NCBI GenBank assembly: GCA_023428425.1
Contig: JAEYYP010000017.1
Location: 2,382-66,381, forward strand
DNA length: 64,000 nt
Direction: 5' to 3'
Source of the DNA: Pseudomonadota bacterium
Lineage (GTDB): Bacteria > Pseudomonadota > Alphaproteobacteria > Rhizobiales > Devosiaceae
Shown piece by piece: positions 57,227 through 64,000 of the stretch. The notes under the pieces are model-generated. The model had not been told where the DNA came from and did not search any database. It saw nothing but the letters and a program-made list of their open reading frames with translations. Position numbers and translations under genes: made by a program. Numbering within the stretch: the first letter of the stretch is position 1; each line of letters opens with the position of its first letter.

Positions 57227-58765
57227 GTGCTTGAAATGAACCGAGTCCCATCGCCGGCGAGCGAGTTCGTCCTGCCGCCCACGATCTACGACTGGAAGTG
57301 GATGGCGAAGTCGTTGCTGCGCGGCGCCGTGCCTGCGCTGGCGATCACGCTGGTCTTCGCGGTTCTCGCCTTCGCCTATGTGCAGTTGCGGCCCTCGCAC
57401 TACACGGCGCAGACGATCCTCAACATCACCAACCTCCGCCTGTCTTCCACGGACCAGGACACCTTCTACGCCGAAGCGCTGTTCGACCCGACATTCCTCG
57501 AGACACAGATCCAGATCATCGGCTCGGAGCCGATCGTCCGTGCCGTGGTCGGCGAGGGCATCGCGGCCGGCATGCCCGGGCAGGAGGCCATCGATGCGTT
57601 TCGCCGGGGCCTGACCGTGGAACGGGTCGGGCAGAGCAACCTCGTCCGGATCGCCTACACCCATGCCGAGGCAGACCGTTCGGCGGAGCTCGCCAATGCG
57701 GTGGCTGCAGCCTACATCGAAAAACTCGGATCGGATCGTGACCGGGCGGTTCAGTCGGCCAGCAGCTGGCTCCGCGACAGGCTGCGCGGCGTCGGAGCAC
57801 AGGCCCAGATCGTCTCCGAAGCGACGCCGCCCGTCGAAAAGAGCGACACGCGGGGCATTCTGATCATTGCCGGCGCAATCGCCGCTGGCGGCGTCGCGGG
57901 CATCGCGCTGGCTTTGGTCGTTGGCTTCTTCGATCGTCGCATCCGCGACCCGAGACAGCTTGTCGCCGCGGTTGGCGCGGAGTGCCTCGGCATCGTGCCA
58001 TCGCTTCCGCCTGGCCACCAGATGGCGGCAGGTTCCTCGCCGGCAGGCGAGTTTTCCTTCGCTGCGGCGGCCTCGCCGCTGCACGACGTCGATCGCGGCC
58101 CGGCCTCGCCGGTCTGGCAGGCGATGAGAAGCGCGGGAGTGTCGGGCTCGGGATCGCCGGTCCGTACGCGCCGCGTCGCCATCACCTCCACCGTGCCCGG
58201 CGAGGGCGCGACGACGATTGCCGCCAACTACGCCCAGCTCGCCGCCCAGGCCGGCAGGCGTGTGCTGCTTGTCGACGCGCAGACCTACGATCCCGCGCTC
58301 ACGCAGGCGCTCGCTCCCGGGGCGAGTGCCGGGCTAGTGGAGTTCCTCGCGGCTCCCGAGCCGGAGCTGCGGAGCTTCGTGCTGGTCGACCCGAAGGCGA
58401 GCGTGCACTTCCTGCCGCTCGGCGGCGCCGGCGAGAGCCCGCGACTGCTGTGGACGGACCGGATGGAGCGGCTGTTCGAGCAGGCCCGCGAGTACGACCT
58501 GATCGTCTTCGACATGCCCCCGCTCGTTGCGACAGGCGACATGCGGGCGGCCGCTCCGTTCATCGACAACGTGCTGCTCGTCCTGCAGTGGAACGCCGTG
58601 ACTCACGACGACGTCAGCGCCGCACTCGATCTGGCACAACCGATCCGCGACAAGCTTGTCGGTGCCATCCTCAACAAGGTCTCGCTGAGCCGGAGGCAGC
58701 GCTGGCTGTCGCCGGAGATCGCCATCGTCGCCCGGCAGGCGGAACTGGCTACGAAGCGGAGCTAG
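57227..58765 (+). CDS. Wzz/Wzc (ExoP-like) polysaccharide co-polymerase with degenerate kinase motifs
   Basis: Two TM segments, ETQIQIIGS, DRRIR.P.Q, ITSTVPGEGATT, LLVDAQ, IVFDMPP, GAILNKV. Confidence 0.88.
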   Translation: MLEMNRVPSPASEFVLPPTIYDWKWMAKSLLRGAVPALAITLVFAVLAFAYVQLRPSHYTAQTILNITNLRLSSTDQDTFYAEALFDPTFLETQIQIIGSEPIVRAVVGEGIAAGMPGQEAIDAFRRGLTVERVGQSNLVRIAYTHAEADRSAELANAVAAAYIEKLGSDRDRAVQSASSWLRDRLRGVGAQAQIVSEATPPVEKSDTRGILIIAGAIAAGGVAGIALALVVGFFDRRIRDPRQLVAAVGAECLGIVPSLPPGHQMAAGSSPAGEFSFAAAASPLHDVDRGPASPVWQAMRSAGVSGSGSPVRTRRVAITSTVPGEGATTIAANYAQLAAQAGRRVLLVDAQTYDPALTQALAPGASAGLVEFLAAPEPELRSFVLVDPKASVHFLPLGGAGESPRLLWTDRMERLFEQAREYDLIVFDMPPLVATGDMRAAAPFIDNVLLVLQWNAVTHDDVSAALDLAQPIRDKLVGAILNKVSLSRRQRWLSPEIAIVARQAELATKRS

Positions 58766-58770
58766 CCGCC

Positions 58771-60009
58771 TTGGATCGCGCTGCCGACGGTCTGGCCTAC
58801 CTGCTCAATACCTACCCCGCGCCGAGTGGTACGTTCATCCGCAACGAGATCCGGGCGCTGGAACAACTGGGGCAGCCGGTTCGACGGCTCGCGGTGCGGC
58901 ACTTCGCCGGCACGCTCGTCGATCCTGCCGATATCGATGAGCGGGACCGGACGCAGTATCTGCTCGACGGCAACACAGGCGGCCTGCTTGCCGCCGGGCT
59001 GCGGGCGCTCGTCACCAATCCCGGCGGCGTGGCCCGGGCACTTCCGGCGTGGCGCGCGCTGCTCAGGAACTCGGGTGGCGGCTGGATCCGCCATGCGGCC
59101 TATCTGATGCAGGCGGCCTTCCTGCGGGAGCAGGCCCGGCAGCACGGCATCAGCCACGTCCACTCGCACTTCGGCAACAACGCTCCGGCGGTGGCCATGC
59201 TGTCGTTTCTGATGGGCGGCCCGACCTACAGCTTCACGTCGCACGGACCCGACGAGTTCTCCGACGCGCACCGCCTGAGCTTCGACCTCAAGATCACCCA
59301 CGCCAGCTTCGTCGTTGCCATCTCCGAGTTCTGCCGAACTACCCTGCTGAGCCTTGCCCGCAGCGATGCCGACGCCCACAAGATCCATATCGTCCGCTGC
59401 GGGCTCGAACTCGACCAGTTCACCGCCGCCCCGCCGGTCCCGCCCGACAACCAGACCCTCGTCTGCGTCGGCCGCCTCTGTCCGCAGAAGGGCCAGGTCC
59501 ACATCCCGGCCGCCGTTGCCGCGTTGCGACAGCGCTTCCCCGCGCTCAGGGTCATCCTGGTCGGCGACGGGGAAAGCCGCGCCGCGATCGAGGCAGAAAT
59601 TGCGCTGCACGGGGTCGCCGATCACGTCATCCTGCACGGTTGGGGGACCAACGAGCAGGTGCGCCGGCTGATCGGCGACAGCCGGGCGCTGCTGCTGCCA
59701 AGCTACGCCGAAGGGCTCCCCGTGGTCATCATGGAGGCCTTCGCCATGGGCAGGCCGGTCATATCGACCACCATCGCCGGCATTCCGGAACTGGTCGACG
59801 ACAGTTGCGGCTGGCTCGTTCCACCCGGCGAGCACGACCCGCTGGTCGCCGCCATGGCCGACGCTCTCTCCGCCAGCCCCGACCGGCTGACACGCATGGG
59901 GCAGGTAGGCAGGGACCGGGTGACGCGGCTGCACGACCGGCGCGTGCTGGCCGGGGAACTCGAGGAGCTGTTCAGCGCGGCGAAGCAGACGTCCCACGGG
60001 GCAGCATAG
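58771..60009 (+). CDS. Glycosyltransferase family 4 (WcaL-like)
   Basis: YLLNTYP.PS.TFIRNEI, HVHSHFG, SFTSHGPDEF, VGRLCPQKG, EGLPVVIMEA; TTG start inferred. Confidence 0.9.
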   Translation: MDRAADGLAYLLNTYPAPSGTFIRNEIRALEQLGQPVRRLAVRHFAGTLVDPADIDERDRTQYLLDGNTGGLLAAGLRALVTNPGGVARALPAWRALLRNSGGGWIRHAAYLMQAAFLREQARQHGISHVHSHFGNNAPAVAMLSFLMGGPTYSFTSHGPDEFSDAHRLSFDLKITHASFVVAISEFCRTTLLSLARSDADAHKIHIVRCGLELDQFTAAPPVPPDNQTLVCVGRLCPQKGQVHIPAAVAALRQRFPALRVILVGDGESRAAIEAEIALHGVADHVILHGWGTNEQVRRLIGDSRALLLPSYAEGLPVVIMEAFAMGRPVISTTIAGIPELVDDSCGWLVPPGEHDPLVAAMADALSASPDRLTRMGQVGRDRVTRLHDRRVLAGELEELFSAAKQTSHGAA

Positions 60010-60014
60010 GCGCC

Positions 60015-60968
60015 CTACTTGTATTCCATGAGCCCGCCGGCCCGACGCAGCAGGCGGTTGCGATAGTATCGTGCAGCGCCCAGAGCCTCGGGGAACTTGC
60101 CGAGGACCATGAAGAAAGCAGCCTGCCAGCCGCCGCCACGGGCCAGCCGCATCACCTGCAACGGGTAGATCAGCAGCAGCAGCAGGCAGGCCGGATGGAG
60201 CAGCGCCGCCGCCATCACGATGCCGCCGGGGAGCAGCGCACCCCACAGCACGGCACGCCAGGTCTGGCGCTTCCAGATTCGCAGAGGCGAGCCGGCATGC
60301 CTGGCAGACACCTCGGCGAAGGCGTGCCCCGCACGCATCGAACGCCGCCACCACTGGCCGAACCGCAGCAGGTTGGCATCGTGGAGCGTCATCTCGGCGT
60401 CGATACGCCAGATGCGCCACCCCGCTTCCCGCAAGCGCAGGCACATTTCCGGCTCCTCGCCGGCAATCAGGTCGTCGGCATACCCTCCAACGGCATGCAG
60501 CGCATCGCGGCGCGCCATCATGTCGCCGCCGCATTCGAGCGCTTCGCCGATCCTGGTGTCCCACTCGCGATCGCAGAGCCGGTTGTAGATCGAGCGTTCG
60601 GGGAAGCGTTCGCGCCGACGCCCGCAGACCACGGCGACATCGGGATGCGCATCGAGGAAGCGCTGGGCCTCGAGCAGCCACTGCCCATCCAGCATGCAGT
60701 CGCCGTCGACGAACTGGACGTAGGCGACTTCCGGAAAGCGCTCGACCAGGGCGGCAAGCCCCTGGTTACGAGCCCTCGCGGCCGTGAAGGGCAGTGTGGG
60801 ATCGAGCACGATGACCGACGCGCCGAGGTCCCGGGCGGCCGCAACGCTGTCATCGCTCGAGCCGGAGTCGACATAGAGCGTGCGATGCACCAGTTCGCCG
60901 AGCGAGCGCAGGCAGGCGATCAGCCTCTCGCCTTCGTTGCGACCAATGACCACGATGCCGACGGTCAT
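60015..60968 (-). CDS. Glycosyltransferase family 2
   Basis: VVIGRNEG, YVDSGSSDDS, FTAARARN.G, QFVDGDC, IAGEEPE; start overlaps the flippase stop. Confidence 0.92.
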   Translation of the reverse strand: MTVGIVVIGRNEGERLIACLRSLGELVHRTLYVDSGSSDDSVAAARDLGASVIVLDPTLPFTAARARNQGLAALVERFPEVAYVQFVDGDCMLDGQWLLEAQRFLDAHPDVAVVCGRRRERFPERSIYNRLCDREWDTRIGEALECGGDMMARRDALHAVGGYADDLIAGEEPEMCLRLREAGWRIWRIDAEMTLHDANLLRFGQWWRRSMRAGHAFAEVSARHAGSPLRIWKRQTWRAVLWGALLPGGIVMAAALLHPACLLLLLIYPLQVMRLARGGGWQAAFFMVLGKFPEALGAARYYRNRLLRRAGGLMEYK

Positions 60969-62302
60969 GACAGGCTCACCGAATCGAACGCCGTGCCGAA
61001 CCCCAGTTGCCAGCGCAGCAGGGTGAAACCGGCAAGCAGCAGCACTAGTACGCCAGTCAGGAGTAGGTCCTGCCCCCGGAACGACAGGCGCTCGCGGCGT
61101 TGGCCGAAGAGGATGGGAACGTACCGACAGATGTCGCCTAGCGCGACCGCAAGAATGGCACCCAGCAGTCCGTAGACGTGCAGGCCCACCGGGATACCGA
61201 TCACAAGGCAAAGGAGTTTGGCGAGGTTGCCCGACGCACCATAAAGCGGCTTGCCGAGCCCCAGCAGGGCATATTCGTTCATGCTGCACAGGATGCCGAA
61301 CCAGACTCCGAGCAGCATCACCGGCAGCATCCAAGCCGCCTCGTGATACCGCGCGTCGTAGATGATCATGATGGCGAAGTCGGCTACGCTCGCCCCGAGG
61401 GCGATGCACACGGCACAGCAGAGCAGCAGCTTGAAGCGGAGCGGCGCAATGCGCGCCCGCAACTGGTCGCGCGGGGCCTCCTGGCTCGACGCGATGACGG
61501 GGAAGACCAGCGAGTGACCCAGGCGGGTGAACAGCACCGCCGGCAGGTCGGCGACATTGCGCGCAATCCCGTAGATGCCCAGCAGCGCCAGCGGAATGCT
61601 CTGCCCGAGGAAAAGCCGATCGAAACTGGCGCACAGGTAGGTCAGCAGTGACGACAGGTAGATCCACTTGCCGAAATGGATGATTTCCCGCGCGTGGTCG
61701 CGCTGCCATGCGAACCAGTTCCGGGCATCGGGCAGCAGATAGGATGCACCGGTGCGGATCGCGATCGTCAGGATGTTGGCGACAATGAGTGACCAGAAGG
61801 TCGGACTGATCCACGCCAGCGCTACCACCAGCACGGCGCCGATGGCGTCGATGCCGAGATCGAACAGGCTCGACTGGGCAAACCGGAGCCGACGCTGCAG
61901 CAGATAGATCGACACCGAAGAGGCGCCGACCAGTGCGAGCGACACCGCGGACAGCTGGATGGCGGCGCCCGGAAGCTGGTACAACTGCCCCAGCGGCGCC
62001 GCGAGAACGAACAACAGGCTGAACAGCAGCACGCCGCGCAGCATCTGGATCGTCCAGGCGACGTCGATGAAGTCGCGCTGATCGCCCTTGGGATTCTGCA
62101 CGATGTTCTGGCCGATGCCGACATCGGACAGCAGTTCGATACCGTTGCGCAGCGTGCCGATGATCAGCATCACGCCGAAGACTTCGGGGACAACGAGGCG
62201 AGATAGGATGACGTTGGAGCCGAAACGCAGGCCGACCGACGCGCCATAGGTGCCGATGGTCCAGAGTGCGCCGCGGACAATCTGCTTGGAACTGAAAGCC
62301 AT
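60965..62302 (-). CDS. wzx: Oligosaccharide flippase (Wzx family)
   Basis: RGALWT, LSRL..PE.FG, SDVGIG..IVQ, AWTIQ.LRG, FGKWI.LSS, DRL.LG, LGIY.IA; about 12 TM segments. Confidence 0.88.
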   Translation of the reverse strand: MAFSSKQIVRGALWTIGTYGASVGLRFGSNVILSRLVVPEVFGVMLIIGTLRNGIELLSDVGIGQNIVQNPKGDQRDFIDVAWTIQMLRGVLLFSLLFVLAAPLGQLYQLPGAAIQLSAVSLALVGASSVSIYLLQRRLRFAQSSLFDLGIDAIGAVLVVALAWISPTFWSLIVANILTIAIRTGASYLLPDARNWFAWQRDHAREIIHFGKWIYLSSLLTYLCASFDRLFLGQSIPLALLGIYGIARNVADLPAVLFTRLGHSLVFPVIASSQEAPRDQLRARIAPLRFKLLLCCAVCIALGASVADFAIMIIYDARYHEAAWMLPVMLLGVWFGILCSMNEYALLGLGKPLYGASGNLAKLLCLVIGIPVGLHVYGLLGAILAVALGDICRYVPILFGQRRERLSFRGQDLLLTGVLVLLLAGFTLLRWQLGFGTAFDSVSLS

Positions 62303-62530
62303 CTGAACGCTGCTACTCGAGACCCGGACGATGCGCGGACCGGCGTCTGCCGTCGCCGGACCGCCCGCGCGGCATTCAGATGCGACTTTGCTCCGCCCTG
62401 GCCCGCGCTTTGACAGTACAGTCCCTCAATATCATGCAGGGCACCGACCTCACGGCCTCGATGCGTTAATCATGAACGTGACCGCGTTCCGCCCGCTTGG
62501 CAGCGCGAAAGGGAAGGGCTTCCGAGCCGA

Positions 62531-64000
62531 CTAGCCTGGACCATGCAGCAGTTTCAGGTGCGCCAGGATGACCTCCCGATCCTGCTCGAAGTTGGTCTTG
62601 GCCCCGTTGGCGTCGAACCACTTCTGCAGGTCCAGCAGCCGGTCATTGAGGACCAGCATGGGCTCTATGCCCGCTCGCAGGACTTCAAGGTTTTCGGGAT
62701 CGACACGATCCTTGGGGGCAAAGCCCTTGCGCGTGAACTTCTGGATCGCCTCGGTGAGGAGCTTGACCACCTCCCGCGTGCCAGGCTCGGCTGGAGCCGA
62801 ACCGTCGACGGCGGCAGCCAGTGCGGCGATGGCGTCGGTGAAGCCGTGCCTTGGGAATAGTGGAACGACGTTGCCGCCCTCGGCGTCAATGTCCCGCAGC
62901 CGTTCCTTTGTTCGGGCGCCGCCCGCCGCCTCCTGCAACCCCGCCAGCCAGGCCGCGACAGCGGGCGAGGGGTCGCCGGCCAGGAGCTGCAGCGCCCCCA
63001 GATCGCGGGCGCGCAGCAGGATGACGGCCGCCGCCCGGATGACCCGGGTCGCCTCGTCGGTCACTTCGCGGTATCGTTCGATAACCGACCGGTAGCCGGT
63101 GTTGTCGAGGACCGTGGCGTCCTCCCACTCGTTCTCGGCATAGGGGCCGGATCGGGTTCCGTTGACGAGACGGTTCTGCAGGTCGCCGAAGATGTTGCAC
63201 CGCAGCAGGGTGGTCCCGAACTTCAAGTCGAAGGCATCCGGACCGAACAGCGCCCCCTTTTCAGCATCCTCCCCGGCCGATGGCCCCAGGAAATCGAAAA
63301 GCAGCTTGGGGTCCTTGTCCTTATCCTTGAACCACTTCACCTCGTTGATCGGCGGCGTGGTGAGCGGCACCAGCGGCGAAGACCAGTCGTTGGTTTCGAC
63401 CGCGCGGACAACGGTTCGCTCGACGTCCAGCGCCCCCGCCTCCCCTGCGCCACCCAGCGGAGCCGCCCGACCGACCTGCCGCTCGCTTTCGGCGATCCGC
63501 AGCGATTGGCGATACCGGATGACGGAACGAGCAGCTGACCGCAGCAGGATGAAGCCGTCCAGCTTGCCCAGCGAAAGCGCCTGCCACGCGGTCAGCACAA
63601 AAGCGTTGTCGATGGCCGAGGACCGGTACTTGTCGGCGTCCTCCAGCAAGCCGCGGATATGATCGGCCTTGGCGGAATAGTGGGCGCTTTTCACCCTGCC
63701 CTTGAGCCACGCGTTCCAACCGCTGGACAATGCACGGGCGGCACCAACCGGATCGTCTGCTCGGGCTTCCGTCACCTCCAGAAGGGCGGTTCGGACCGGC
63801 TCGAATCCCAGAGCCGCATGCAGGATGTCCAGCAGGGCCGCAAGCCTCGGCATCTGCACGAATTCCAGGTCGAACGATTTGTCCTCTGTGGCCATCGCCG
63901 GCTCGAGGAACGTCAGGCCATGCTGGGAAACCTCGATGGTACCCTTCAGTCTCCGCTGAACCACCGGATCGTTGAAGGCCGCGCGGAAGAGCGAGGTGCG
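62531..64000 (-). CDS. Hypothetical protein (5' end beyond the window)
   Basis: Frame open from the window edge to TAG at 62531, about 489 codons with normal codon bias; no motif recognised. Confidence 0.7.
   Translation of the reverse strand, partial: RTSLFRAAFNDPVVQRRLKGTIEVSQHGLTFLEPAMATEDKSFDLEFVQMPRLAALLDILHAALGFEPVRTALLEVTEARADDPVGAARALSSGWNAWLKGRVKSAHYSAKADHIRGLLEDADKYRSSAIDNAFVLTAWQALSLGKLDGFILLRSAARSVIRYRQSLRIAESERQVGRAAPLGGAGEAGALDVERTVVRAVETNDWSSPLVPLTTPPINEVKWFKDKDKDPKLLFDFLGPSAGEDAEKGALFGPDAFDLKFGTTLLRCNIFGDLQNRLVNGTRSGPYAENEWEDATVLDNTGYRSVIERYREVTDEATRVIRAAAVILLRARDLGALQLLAGDPSPAVAAWLAGLQEAAGGARTKERLRDIDAEGGNVVPLFPRHGFTDAIAALAAAVDGSAPAEPGTREVVKLLTEAIQKFTRKGFAPKDRVDPENLEVLRAGIEPMLVLNDRLLDLQKWFDANGAKTNFEQDREVILAHLKLLHGPG

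Noticed and set aside
1..64000. CRISPR arrays, tRNA/rRNA genes, intact IS, integrase or phage genes
   Set aside because: None recognised by eye; short RNAs could have been missed without covariance searches.

Overview
GC-rich alphaproteobacterial DNA (Hyphomicrobiales/Rhizobiales-like; Devosia is a guess from gene style) in four blocks. (1) 1-6.4 kb: a decayed accessory patch with an RraA-type aldolase, PdxA, a sigma-EcfG-driven stress gene, a haemolysin-III protein and an SDR, separated by several gene remnants including an IS1182-type transposase relic. (2) 6.4-20.5 kb: a quinate/shikimate -> protocatechuate -> beta-ketoadipate locus (dctPQM-aroQ-pcaDCHGIJFB, aroE, quiC-like, GntR and TetR regulators) with a 20-bp operator present three times. 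(3) 20.6-32.6 kb: a LacI-controlled sulfated-carbohydrate-type uptake locus (two Cys-type sulfatases, formylglycine-generating enzyme, peptide-family ABC importer, rhamnonate-dehydratase-like enolase); one permease carries a nonsense codon. (4) 32.7-62.3 kb, the most interesting block: a divergent NRPS/type I PKS pair (formyltransferase, Gly-type A domain interrupted by a luciferase-like monooxygenase, PCP; KS-AT-KR-DH-ACP-TE) with PPTase, flavin reductase and TolC, embedded in a Wzx/Wzy polysaccharide cluster (six glycosyltransferases, Wzx, Wzy/O-ligase, OPX, kinase-dead Wzc-like protein, GH9). This suggests an NRPS-PKS-derived acyl decoration or anchor for a surface glycan. No tRNA, rRNA or CRISPR array was seen. 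All calls come from motif recognition by eye; no database search was run.
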